Notes: generated from the letters alone by a model not told the origin. Shown: positions 1 through 8,732, numbered from the stretch's first letter. The stretch: DNA of 25,684 bases from Candidatus Latescibacterota bacterium (GCA_038279365.1 JAYODI010000027.1:36021-61704); one strand, 5' to 3'. Translations and numbers: made by a program.

Positions 1-12
1 TCGTCCATTCAC

Positions 13-1176
13 CTACAAATATGCCGTCGATCCATCGGGTTTCATCACCGCTTTGCGTTCCCAATGTACATATTCATTGTTGCTAAGAGATGCCTCATCT
101 ACTTCCACACCCCATCCAGGTCTATCGGGGCGCAGGTCCAAATAGCCATTTTTAGGCAAATAAGGATCATCAAGCCAATACAAATTGTCATTGGGTTTGG
201 GTACGTGATATTCCAAAATCTCAAAATTGGGCGTGGCCGCACAAAAATGTACATTTACTGCCGTGGCCAAGGGACCCATCGGGTTGTGCGGAGCCACCGT
301 TACATAATGCGCTTCGGCAATGGCCGCAATCTTGCGCATTTCCAATAAGCCCCCACAAGCACACACATCGGGCTGAACCACATCGGCTCCATCTTTCGAC
401 AACAAATCCAAAAACTCAAAACGCGTGTACAAACACTCACCCGTAGCAAGTGGCACACGCATTTGTAACCGCAACTTAGCCCACGCATCACTGTTTTCGG
501 GGCGCAATGGCTCTTCGTAAAAAAGCGGGTCAAACGGAGCAAGTGCATTGGCCAATTGCAATGCCCTTATCGGAGAAAAAATCTTAGCATGTGGATCAAA
601 AGCCACGTCCCAATCGTCATCTATATTTTCGCGCAATGTCTCAAAATACTTCGCCGCCACATCACACACCCGCCCCCAACGATTTGCATCTGGATTGATC
701 TTAAACGGTGATGTCTTAAATGCCGTAAATCCATATTCTTCATTTAACTGTTTGGCTTGTTCTGCGGCCTCTTTGCCATCTTTTCCACCAACAGAGCGAT
801 ACACCTTCACCCGATCTCTCACCGCACCGCCCAACAACTTATAAACTGGCAAGCCCACAGCACGCCCAGAAATATCCCACAAAGCCTGGTCCAATGCTGA
901 CATTGCAGCCAAACCCACACCCCCTGGTGGAAACCGAAACTGTTGGAACAACTTCAACATAATGTATTCAATGCGTGTGGGATCCTCACCTTTGATCAAC
1001 TCAAAGATATAATCCACCACAGGTGCAAGGGCCAAATCGGGGCCATGACTATATGCTTCACCCCAACCACCAATCCCCTCATCGGTTTCAACCTTAATAA
1101 GGGCACGTGGGCGTTTGTTCACCGTCTCGCCGGGGCGTTTGCCTGTCATCACGGTTTTAATGGCCACAATTTTCAT
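13..1176 (-). CDS. Mandelate racemase/muconate lactonizing enzyme family protein, galactonate-dehydratase-like acid sugar dehydratase
   Basis: N-terminal MKIVAIKT...VETDEGIGGWGE; ALDQALWDI.G..VGLPVYKLLGG; metal ligands FDPH/YEEP/TGE; QPD, APHNP, ILEY; DgoD-like C-terminal DGS tail. Start moved to ATG 1176 because the family begins at MKI; the ORF-track GTG 1212 lies inside a hairpin. Confidence 0.88.
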   Translation of the reverse strand: MKIVAIKTVMTGKRPGETVNKRPRALIKVETDEGIGGWGEAYSHGPDLALAPVVDYIFELIKGEDPTRIEYIMLKLFQQFRFPPGGVGLAAMSALDQALWDISGRAVGLPVYKLLGGAVRDRVKVYRSVGGKDGKEAAEQAKQLNEEYGFTAFKTSPFKINPDANRWGRVCDVAAKYFETLRENIDDDWDVAFDPHAKIFSPIRALQLANALAPFDPLFYEEPLRPENSDAWAKLRLQMRVPLATGECLYTRFEFLDLLSKDGADVVQPDVCACGGLLEMRKIAAIAEAHYVTVAPHNPMGPLATAVNVHFCAATPNFEILEYHVPKPNDNLYWLDDPYLPKNGYLDLRPDRPGWGVEVDEASLSNNEYVHWERKAVMKPDGSTAYL

Positions 1177-1187
1177 AACAAAAATCC

Positions 1188-1229
1188 AAAGAAAAAAAGG
1201 AAGAAGAAACACATCTCTCTCCTTCCTTT
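1188..1229 (-). terminator. Intrinsic terminator-like hairpin with U tract between the SDR and enolase genes
   Basis: Minus strand AAAGGAAGGAGA-(10 nt)-TCTTCTTCCTTT followed by TTTTCTTT; 12-bp stem with one G-U pair, about 20 nt after the SDR stop. Confidence 0.6.
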
Positions 1230-1250
1230 GATCTTAAAAATACACATTAT

Positions 1251-1982
1251 TTATGCAAAATCTTCGGCATTATCGACGGGCGAATAACCAATCTCCTCAC
1301 GTGCATTTTGAATATCCCAATAAGCACGTTTGTTGCCCGAAATACCAAAATAAATCGCAAACCCGATCTTATCGGAAGCGTCAATGCTGCGCCACGTGAG
1401 TTGCACGGTATCTTTATAAGAAAGCCACGTTGACAAAATGCGATCACTCTTGCGGTTTTGCACAGAAGACACGGGCTGAAAAGAACCAATGCGCAAACAA
1501 ATGACCGACAACCCATGTGCATCCCAATAATACCGCCCCAAAGCTTCGTCATAAGCTTTGCTTGCTCCATAAAAGCTATCAGGGCGCACAGGCATATCCC
1601 ACGTGGTATAAATAGGGCCTTTGATTTCATACATCCCCGTAACATGATTCGTGCTGGCCAAAATAACCCGCTTTACACCTTTGCGCTTACACGCCTCATA
1701 AATGCTATATGTGCCTCGAATATTGGCCTCAACCGTATCTTCAAACGATGCCCCCCCCGATGGGTTACCTGCCATATGCACCACCACATCTATGCCATCC
1801 ACAGCTTCTTCCATCTTCTCCAAATCGGTAATATTGCCCACCATAATTTCTTCATTGTATCGCTGATCCAAAACCGTTCGGTTATACAACACACGCAAAT
1901 CGTACCGTTCATGCAAACCATCCACCAGCACCTGCCCAATACGACCCGCAGCACCTGTAATCAACACTTTCTTTTTTTCCAA
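1251..1982 (-). CDS. NAD(P)-dependent epimerase/dehydratase family (extended SDR), uronate dehydrogenase-like
   Basis: TGAAGRIG Rossmann motif, ASTNH, PDSFYGASK (YxxxK), LRIGS, WLS..D, YSPVDNAE tail as in Udh; TTG start preceded by GGGAGG. Confidence 0.85.
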   Translation of the reverse strand: MEKKKVLITGAAGRIGQVLVDGLHERYDLRVLYNRTVLDQRYNEEIMVGNITDLEKMEEAVDGIDVVVHMAGNPSGGASFEDTVEANIRGTYSIYEACKRKGVKRVILASTNHVTGMYEIKGPIYTTWDMPVRPDSFYGASKAYDEALGRYYWDAHGLSVICLRIGSFQPVSSVQNRKSDRILSTWLSYKDTVQLTWRSIDASDKIGFAIYFGISGNKRAYWDIQNAREEIGYSPVDNAEDFA

Positions 1983-2071
1983 AACAAACCTCCCTATATA
2001 GTCACCGAAAACCTTTCGGCATCAAAAAGCACTTCTCCACAAATATCTGAAATATCTATGGTTAAAATGAT

Positions 2072-3163
2072 CTACTGGTTTAAAGGGAACACAAACACAT
2101 CCGATGTGCCACAACGATCTGATGTAAAATCAATATAATTGCCAGGTGGCGAAATAGACGGGTGTACATGAATCGTTTGGTCTTGTATATAACTCGTATT
2201 GGGCCAACACAACACTTCACCTTCACCCGTTTTTAAATCTATACGCCACAATTCATTATCTCCTTCACACTGCACATCTGAAATAATAAATGAATTGCCA
2301 CGATCAATAGACGAATGTCCCAAACGACGCTCTGTGCTGATAAAGTGTTCTTGCCAATCTTCTCCATTGCGGTTGATCGAACAAATGGCCCCAGGAAGAG
2401 TACCTGGCACACTTTTTCTGTGAAAATACAACCGATCACCTGCAAAATCCCAATACTCGTGCGTGGCTCGAAAACCATAAGGCATGGTCAAAAAAGGCCG
2501 AGATACGCCTTTTTCCACATCCAAAACCCACGTACGAGCGCGCTTCTCCATAGGCAAAGACATATCATTTTGTGTATCGGGACCAGGGTCAAATGTGACC
2601 AAGTTGGAATCACCTGGGCAAATTTGCGCATGACTCAATTTGCCATCCCATTCGAAGATCTCGTGAAATTCTCCCGTTGCCACAAACCCAAACGCCAATA
2701 TTGTTTTGTCCGTTCCAGAATCATAAGCCACCACCACACGGTCATCATTACCCGACAATGCCACAGGTGCACCAGATGGTGTACTTGGGATCTTACCTTC
2801 AAAATCAATCACCACCCGATCTTTCCCTGTTGCCACATCCACAGCATAAACCCGCCACCCTGCAGTATACAATGCCTCACGTCCGTTGCGTGCCATACCA
2901 AACGAAATGGGGCGATAATCTGCCACATCGCTCAACTGCCCCAATTCGCCACTTTCCAAATGCGCACGATACAGTTGAAAATTTCCTGTGCGATTGGAAG
3001 AAAAAATGACATATTGTTCATCTGCTGTAAAAGCTTCTACTTCTTGATAACAACTGCAATTAACCGCATCACCTTGTGTCATTTGCCAAACGGTCTTACC
3101 CGTTTGCACATCGGTTTCTACCTGTTTTTCACTTGGCAAAATTTTAAGCACATCGGCCTCCAT
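2072..3163 (-). CDS. Oligogalacturonate lyase-like (PL22/TolB-like) beta-propeller protein
   Basis: N-terminal D..TG..V.Q.T, FSSNRTG..QLY, His motifs SHAQ, THEYW, GHS, and C-terminal HVHPSISP.G..I.FTSD typical of Ogl-type propellers; no signal peptide. Confidence 0.7.
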   Translation of the reverse strand: MEADVLKILPSEKQVETDVQTGKTVWQMTQGDAVNCSCYQEVEAFTADEQYVIFSSNRTGNFQLYRAHLESGELGQLSDVADYRPISFGMARNGREALYTAGWRVYAVDVATGKDRVVIDFEGKIPSTPSGAPVALSGNDDRVVVAYDSGTDKTILAFGFVATGEFHEIFEWDGKLSHAQICPGDSNLVTFDPGPDTQNDMSLPMEKRARTWVLDVEKGVSRPFLTMPYGFRATHEYWDFAGDRLYFHRKSVPGTLPGAICSINRNGEDWQEHFISTERRLGHSSIDRGNSFIISDVQCEGDNELWRIDLKTGEGEVLCWPNTSYIQDQTIHVHPSISPPGNYIDFTSDRCGTSDVFVFPLNQ

Positions 3164-3230
3164 CCCATTAAGTTCGTAAGCGGTTACTAAAATCGTGCTT
3201 TATAGGGTTGGTGTCAATTGATAAAAATCA

Positions 3231-3317
3231 GTCACAGGTCACAGGTCATTGGCATGAAACCAAGAGATTGTCAATTACAAGGTTTTTGTTTTGACCTGAG
3301 ACTTGTAAACCTGTAAC
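3231..3317. repeat. Inverted pair of short heptamer tandem repeats (GTCACAG)n ... (CTGTRAC-like)n in a divergent intergenic region
   Basis: gtcacag-gtcacag-gtca at 3231-3248 and tgac-ctgagac-ttgtaaac-ctgtaac at 3292-3317; 3238-3248 pairs with 3292-3302 at 10/11. Confidence 0.55.
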
Positions 3318-3348
3318 AAACACCACTCATCGCCTCTGAGGAGCCGTT

Positions 3349-5385
3349 ATGTCCAAATCCCCCCTCAAACTGCCCAAAAACTTTAGCCCCACCACCAACA
3401 TGATCGCCCGCCCAGAAGGTGACAAAATTTATCATGCACCCCGTGCCGCTTTCGAACTGGCCTACACCCTACTCACCAACGGCCATATAGACGACATCGC
3501 ACAAGCCGAAAAAACAATTGCTGCCGCCTTAAAGGGCCAAGAAACACGCACAGGTGACCCGCACTTGGGCAACTTTTTATGGGAAGCAGAAGATGACGCT
3601 GTAGAAGACCTCAATGCCGTACAATTTTGTCTTTTCCAACTTGTACCTATCATGATTCAATATGGCACCCATCTCTCCCAAGACCTCCAAAAATCCTGTC
3701 AAAAAGCCATTCGTTTAGGCCTCGAAGAAATAGCCCGAATAGATGTACACCCACGCTACACCAACATTGTTATCAAAGACATCACCAACACCATTCTCGG
3801 TGGCGAATACTTACAAGACGATGCATTTAAAAAAAGAGGCTACGACAAATTTCACCGCTGGATGGCCTATACAGATCGCTCGGGTTGCCCATATGAATTC
3901 AACAGTCCAGGATATGCCGGTGTGGCCCTTCGGGTACTCAGTCGCCTCATTCTGCTCACACAAAACCAAACCATTCAAACACGCGCAGAAATCATGCGTG
4001 CACGCATTGGCCTAAGTGCCACCCTTCACATTCACCCAAGTACAGGCCGATGGGCAGGCCCTTTTAGTCGGGCTTATCGTGCCACTGCCGCGTGTGATGC
4101 AGAGCGAGAACTGCACCAAGTAAGAGATTGGCTCACCACCGGTATTCTCCCTCGTTGGATCGCCAACGCCTTGGCCAATCGCCCCGAAAAAATGGACCTC
4201 GTCGAAACCGCCGATGCCGACAACACCATCGTCCTATCAACCCACCACAGCCCTTCATTTTCACTTGGTGTATCCACGCAAGAGCTCACCAGCCAATCCA
4301 ATCGTTTCATTGCTGGCCAATCCAATTGCTTCATCGTACAACACACCACCCACGATGAAAACACAGGTGTCATTTATTCGCGCTATGTACTCAACGAACA
4401 TTGGTTAGGCGACTTTCGTCCTACCCCAGCACGCTCCAACATGGGTCTGCTCTTTGAAGAAGGTCAGTTCCACGGCGTACAACACAATAACCGCGCCATT
4501 TGCCTCTATGCACCGCGTGCTTTGGGGGCTTGGGAAACCTGCCACAGTGCCAAAGCCGTTATCGCCTGGCATCGCAAAGAGCATGTCACCCACATTTGGC
4601 TCAATGGAAAACCCGTTACGACCAGTCCCACATCTATCCCCCAAAACAGTACCCTTGTCGTACAAAGTGGCAACATTCTAACCGCCATTCGCCCACTTGC
4701 AAACACAGACCTTGGGCGCAATGCCCCTGTTCACCTCATTGAGCGCGACGGCCACCTCTGCCTCGAAATTTACAATTACAAAGGCCCCGAAAAAACATTC
4801 TGGGAACAAGCACATCCTGGTTCCTTTTACCAAGGCCAACCCCAATGTGGATTTTATGCCGAAATTGCCGAAACCACCGATTGGCCCAACCCACTCGACT
4901 TTTCAAAAGCTGTTGCCACGGGCGAGCTCAAAGACCACGCCGACCCGCGTGTCACCTTCGATGAAGGTGTTGAGCGATCTTGGTCGGTCGAATATACCCG
5001 CAACAACGAAACCTTAGGCATCGAAATCGAACTCATGGAATGGCAACTCAAACGCCGCTGGACGCACCAGGGCGACCTGGGCACCCCCATGCTCGATTCG
5101 CCAGTTGCCAAACAATCGCGTGATGGACATATTGAAATAGGTAACACCACCCTCACCTGTGGCCAACACCCAGCCTGGCTCTTCACCTGCCCCAGCACCA
5201 ATACCTATGTCGCTGCCTATCACGGCCCAACTCCCGCACCACTCACACTTACACTACCCAATGGCAAAGTCGAAATTTCATCGCTCACCTCAGGCCTCCT
5301 CATTTGGCAAGATGGCAAAGTCACCATCAACGCCTTAGACCTGGCCAATGAACCTATCATCATTGGCGGCGAACGCATCATATAA
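3349..5385 (+). CDS. Hypothetical 678-aa protein, probable alpha/alpha-toroid plus beta-sandwich, distant polysaccharide-lyase/heparinase-like
   Basis: Long ORF with GAGGAG RBS 5 nt before ATG; helical N-half with YTNI and YEFNSPGY motifs, beta-rich C-half. CDS is secure, function is inferred. Confidence 0.6.
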   Translation: MSKSPLKLPKNFSPTTNMIARPEGDKIYHAPRAAFELAYTLLTNGHIDDIAQAEKTIAAALKGQETRTGDPHLGNFLWEAEDDAVEDLNAVQFCLFQLVPIMIQYGTHLSQDLQKSCQKAIRLGLEEIARIDVHPRYTNIVIKDITNTILGGEYLQDDAFKKRGYDKFHRWMAYTDRSGCPYEFNSPGYAGVALRVLSRLILLTQNQTIQTRAEIMRARIGLSATLHIHPSTGRWAGPFSRAYRATAACDAERELHQVRDWLTTGILPRWIANALANRPEKMDLVETADADNTIVLSTHHSPSFSLGVSTQELTSQSNRFIAGQSNCFIVQHTTHDENTGVIYSRYVLNEHWLGDFRPTPARSNMGLLFEEGQFHGVQHNNRAICLYAPRALGAWETCHSAKAVIAWHRKEHVTHIWLNGKPVTTSPTSIPQNSTLVVQSGNILTAIRPLANTDLGRNAPVHLIERDGHLCLEIYNYKGPEKTFWEQAHPGSFYQGQPQCGFYAEIAETTDWPNPLDFSKAVATGELKDHADPRVTFDEGVERSWSVEYTRNNETLGIEIELMEWQLKRRWTHQGDLGTPMLDSPVAKQSRDGHIEIGNTTLTCGQHPAWLFTCPSTNTYVAAYHGPTPAPLTLTLPNGKVEISSLTSGLLIWQDGKVTINALDLANEPIIIGGERII

Positions 5386-5394
5386 AGGTTATCC

Positions 5395-5736
5395 ATGCCC
5401 ACATTTTGGCAAACGCTCGACACGTTTATCGAAACCTCAAAAATTGTCATTGATCGCCCCAAAGGATCGCCACACCCACGCTACCCAAACATCATCTACC
5501 CGCTCGACTACGGCTACCTAGAAAACACAACCGGCGGCGACGGCGACGGCATAGACATCTGGCTCGGATCCTTGACCAATCACATATTCGACGCCATTGT
5601 CTGCTCTGCCGATCAATACAAACGCGATGCCGAAATCAAGATCCTCTTAGGATGCACTGCCAAAGAAAAAGAAATCATTATCCATTTCCTCACCCACTAC
5701 GAGGTGGGTGCCATACTCATAGAGCGCCCAAAGTGA
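5395..5736 (+). CDS. Short inorganic pyrophosphatase family (family I-like) protein
   Basis: IDRPKGS, IYPLDYGYL..T, GDGDGID motif, D.E.K; 9 nt after the upstream stop. Confidence 0.8.
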   Translation: MPTFWQTLDTFIETSKIVIDRPKGSPHPRYPNIIYPLDYGYLENTTGGDGDGIDIWLGSLTNHIFDAIVCSADQYKRDAEIKILLGCTAKEKEIIIHFLTHYEVGAILIERPK

Positions 5737-5883
5737 TCTCCCTTTCCAAATGTGGCAGATAAGGGGGACCATCTTGTTTAATCTCTCACCACCAACAAGA
5801 GCCCTTCTTTGCCTCTTAATTTATATCTCTAAGAAAGAAGTCGTCGAAAACACAATCACTAAAAACCAAACCGAATAACAAAG

Positions 5884-6666
5884 TTGGAGCCAATTCAAAT
5901 GCAACCACAAGACCCCATCCTCAACGAAACCGAAGTTGAATACTTTCGTCGCAATGGTTACATCATTCGCACAGACCTCCTTACAGACGAAGAAATACAA
6001 GTATTCACCACCCTTTTTGACAACGATCGCGAACAATACAAATTTCGCTGGCACCCTTATGGTTATCACCAACACGCCAACTACGATGCCCTTGTCACCA
6101 CACCAGCTTTTGACAACGTGGTGCGCCACCCCAAAATTCTCTCTGCCGTTGAGCAACTTATGGGTGGCCCTGTTTGTTTTGGTGAAATTGGTGCCCGTTA
6201 TATGGCCCCTTTCAAGGGTAATCTTCATCAAAGTTGGCACCGCGACCGCCCCCATTGGAACGATCACCCACTCAGAATGGACTACATCCAATTGATGCTC
6301 TACCTCACCGACGTTCATGCCGAAACCCATTGTTTCTCACTCTCGCCCGAATCCATTCACGAGCCCATACTCAAAGACAACGACGCACAAATCAAACGCA
6401 GTGGCATCTCCGACATTCACGGCCCAGCAGGTACGGTGTGCCTCTTCAATGTTTCGGTGCTGCACACCGCCACCACACGCCCCACAGACAAAGATCGCAA
6501 AACCTTACAAATCTATTACGGCCACCGAGATCGCAAATACTTAGCCAACGACTCTGTCATTCCTCCCTTATTTTGGCGTGATCACAAAGACCCTGAAGCA
6601 CGTGCCTTTTATGGCAACCTCAACGAAGTCACCCAAATTTATATGCGTGCTTTTGGAGACAAATAA
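5884..6666 (+). CDS. Phytanoyl-CoA dioxygenase (PhyH) family Fe(II)/2-oxoglutarate dioxygenase
   Basis: FRRNGYII, HP.IL..VEQLMG, WHRD (HxD), GPAGTV.LF....LH (distal His), downstream Arg. Start may instead be ATG 5899, which follows GGAG. Confidence 0.85.
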   Translation: MEPIQMQPQDPILNETEVEYFRRNGYIIRTDLLTDEEIQVFTTLFDNDREQYKFRWHPYGYHQHANYDALVTTPAFDNVVRHPKILSAVEQLMGGPVCFGEIGARYMAPFKGNLHQSWHRDRPHWNDHPLRMDYIQLMLYLTDVHAETHCFSLSPESIHEPILKDNDAQIKRSGISDIHGPAGTVCLFNVSVLHTATTRPTDKDRKTLQIYYGHRDRKYLANDSVIPPLFWRDHKDPEARAFYGNLNEVTQIYMRAFGDK

Positions 6667-6721
6667 CCTCTTATACAAAAATCCGAACCTCATACCTGAT
6701 CATTGAAATAGAAAGGCTTTT

Positions 6722-7444
6722 ATGTCCGAAAAAAAACACATCCTCATCACCGGTGGTGCAGGTTTTGTTGCAGGCATGCTCCGCGAACACTGGGGCAACA
6801 CATACAACCTGCGTCTGGCCGACATCAACCCCGTCGAAAACCTATCTGCCCACGAAACCTTTGTCAAACTCGACATCACCAAACTCGATGAATTTCGCAG
6901 TGCGTGTGAAGGCATACACACCGTCATTCATTTGGCCGCCGACAGAAGCCCCAGTGCCGACTTTTACAAAACCTTACTCGATCTCAACATTATCGGCACC
7001 TACAACGCCTTCCACGCCGCACACGAGGCCGGCTGTAAACGCCTCATCTTTGCCAGTTCGGTCAATGCCATATTGGGCTACAAAGGCAAAACACCCGTTG
7101 AATGGGATGTGCCCATTTTCCCGACCAATGTTTATGGTGCCACCAAATGCTGGGGCGAAGCCTTAGGGCGCGTTTATTCCGAAACCCACAACCTCTCCAG
7201 CATTTGTGTGCGCTTGGGCAGCCCACGTTTTGACCCCAATGAAACCTATGACCCAGACAAACCCAGTATGCTCATCAGTCCCAGAGACACCGCCCAACTT
7301 TTTGAAAAATGTGTCGAAGTTGCAAACACACCTTTTGCTATTGTGCATGGTGTATCCAACAACAAAATCAACTGGATGGGCTTAGAAGAAACCAGCCAAA
7401 TTTTGGGATATCACCCACAAGATGGCACCGCCTTACAATCCTAA
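6722..7444 (+). CDS. NAD-dependent epimerase/dehydratase family (extended SDR), uronate dehydrogenase-like
   Basis: TGGAGFVA, RLADI, IHLAA, FASSVNA, VYGATK, VRLG, ISPRD, LGYHPQD; AAAGG upstream. Confidence 0.85.
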   Translation: MSEKKHILITGGAGFVAGMLREHWGNTYNLRLADINPVENLSAHETFVKLDITKLDEFRSACEGIHTVIHLAADRSPSADFYKTLLDLNIIGTYNAFHAAHEAGCKRLIFASSVNAILGYKGKTPVEWDVPIFPTNVYGATKCWGEALGRVYSETHNLSSICVRLGSPRFDPNETYDPDKPSMLISPRDTAQLFEKCVEVANTPFAIVHGVSNNKINWMGLEETSQILGYHPQDGTALQS

Positions 7445-7462
7445 AACAGACGCTAAACCTTG

Positions 7463-7504
7463 AAAAAACCGCTATTTCTCACAACGAGAAACAGCGGTTT
7501 TTTT
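7463..7504 (+). terminator. Intrinsic terminator (potentially bidirectional)
   Basis: aaaaaaccgctatttctc-acaac-gagaaacagcggttttttt: 18-bp stem with one mismatch and T tract, 18 nt after the SDR stop. Confidence 0.85.
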
Positions 7505-7554
7505 AATTTTACAATACGCACAATAGCACTGCACATTATTTCACTAATTAAATC

Positions 7555-7581
7555 TTAAACCATTGTTTTACAATAGTTTAA
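7555..7581. promoter_or_regulatory. Palindromic putative protein-binding site upstream of the sigma factor promoter
   Basis: ttaaaccattgt-ttt-acaatagtttaa, 12-bp arms with one mismatch, ending 15 nt before the -35 box. Confidence 0.45.
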
Positions 7582-7596
7582 AATTTAAGTTTTTTC

Positions 7597-7625
7597 TTGA
7601 CTTCTATACAAATGTGCACTATATT
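7597..7625 (+). promoter_or_regulatory. Sigma-70-type promoter of the sigma factor gene
   Basis: TTGACT (7597-7602), 17-nt spacer, TATATT (7620-7625); both 5/6 consensus, with AT-rich sequence upstream. Confidence 0.7.
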
Positions 7626-7713
7626 TTGGCTATCACATACTGAGGCAAACAAGCAATATAGGGAAGACGATATCATAGGTTAGGGTGCCTCAGAACACCA
7701 TAAGGAGAACAAC

Positions 7714-8577
7714 ATGTTTTCAGACACACGCAAACGGCAACAAATCAGTGAAGAACCCTCTTTGGCCTACTATTACAAAGAGGTCGAAAGACACCCCCAA
7801 CTCACCACAGAACAAGAGCGCGCCCTCACCGCACGCATCACACAAGGTGATGAAAATGCACGAGAAGATCTCGTCAAAGCAAATCTGCGCTTTGTTATTC
7901 ACGTGGCCAAACAATTCCAAAACCAAGGCCTTTCTATGGCCGACCTGATCAACGAAGGCAACATGGGCCTCATCACCGCCGCCCGAAAGTTCAAACCCGA
8001 AAAGGGCTATAAATTTATCACCTATGCCGTTTGGTGGATTCGCCAAAATATTCTCAAAGCACTCGAAGTTCAAACCCGATCCATTCGAATTCCAGCAAAT
8101 GTCATCAACGATCTCAACAAATTGCGCAAGATCGAATCGGGCCTCTCACAACATCTCGAGCGCACACCCGATGTGGAAGAGCTTTCTTACGAATCTGGTA
8201 TTCCTGTTAAAAAAGTACATTACACCTTAGAGTCCATCTACAATACCGTTTCACTGGACAGTCCCGTATACGATGACAATGCCAGCACATATTTACAAGA
8301 AACACTACCAGATACCGAGCATTTACACCCCGAAGATGCATTCATCCAAGACAACATGAACCAAGATGTACACAAAGCGCTGAACAACTTACCCGATAGA
8401 GATCGCCAAATATTGCACCTCTACTTCGGTTTTCACAACGAAGAACAAGCCACCTATCAACAAATTGGCAGTTATCTCGGCGTCAGTCGCGAACGTGTGC
8501 GCCAACTCAAAGAAGATGCCCTCAATCGCTTGCGGCATCCAGCCACCAGTCGCAAATTGGCAACCTATTGCAGTTAA
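7714..8577 (+). CDS. RNA polymerase sigma-70 factor, RpoD/RpoS family, lacking region 1.1
   Basis: Region 1.2 LAYYYKEV...P.LT.EQE; region 2 LVKANLRFV, DLINEGNMGL..A..KF.PEKGYKF.TYAVWWIRQ; region 3 SLDSP; region 4 IG..LGVSRERVRQ; TAAGGAG RBS. Confidence 0.93.
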   Translation: MFSDTRKRQQISEEPSLAYYYKEVERHPQLTTEQERALTARITQGDENAREDLVKANLRFVIHVAKQFQNQGLSMADLINEGNMGLITAARKFKPEKGYKFITYAVWWIRQNILKALEVQTRSIRIPANVINDLNKLRKIESGLSQHLERTPDVEELSYESGIPVKKVHYTLESIYNTVSLDSPVYDDNASTYLQETLPDTEHLHPEDAFIQDNMNQDVHKALNNLPDRDRQILHLYFGFHNEEQATYQQIGSYLGVSRERVRQLKEDALNRLRHPATSRKLATYCS

Positions 8578-8594
8578 ACTTGCTCCGTCACATC

Positions 8595-8645
8595 AAATGC
8601 AAAAAAAGAGGCAAAACGCTATGTTTTGCCTCTTTTTTTGCATTT
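8595..8645 (+). terminator. Intrinsic terminator, perfect 23-bp inverted repeat
   Basis: aaatgcaaaaaaagaggcaaaac-gctat-gttttgcctctttttttgcattt, 17 nt after the sigma stop. Confidence 0.9.
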
Positions 8646-8732
8646 ATCCTTGCCTAATGGCCCAAAATCGCACAATATATAGCATACCCATTCAAAAAAG
8701 ATTCATTTTAGAAAATTAGAAAAGGCATCCGT

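Noticed and set aside
2005-2057. Small hairpin ccgaaa-acc-tttcgg and direct repeat aaatatct x2
   Set aside because: Too short to distinguish from chance in an AT-rich spacer, and no U tract.
2315-3190. 291-aa plus-strand ORF (and similar antisense ORFs such as 1458-2138 and 15727-16287)
   Set aside because: Antisense shadows of well-supported genes, with no motifs or RBS.
3189-3274. Two perfect minus-strand TTGACA hexamers (3212-3217, 3269-3274) as promoters
   Set aside because: No convincing -10 box at 16-18 nt spacing for either.
5738-5800. Weak inverted repeats after the pyrophosphatase gene
   Set aside because: Short imperfect stems with large loops and no U tract; not supportable as a terminator.
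7640-7693. c-di-GMP-I riboswitch (GGCAAAC...GACG...TGCC words)
   Set aside because: No GNRA-capped P2 stem, no GCAAA after GAC, and too short for P3; kept only as a generic stem.
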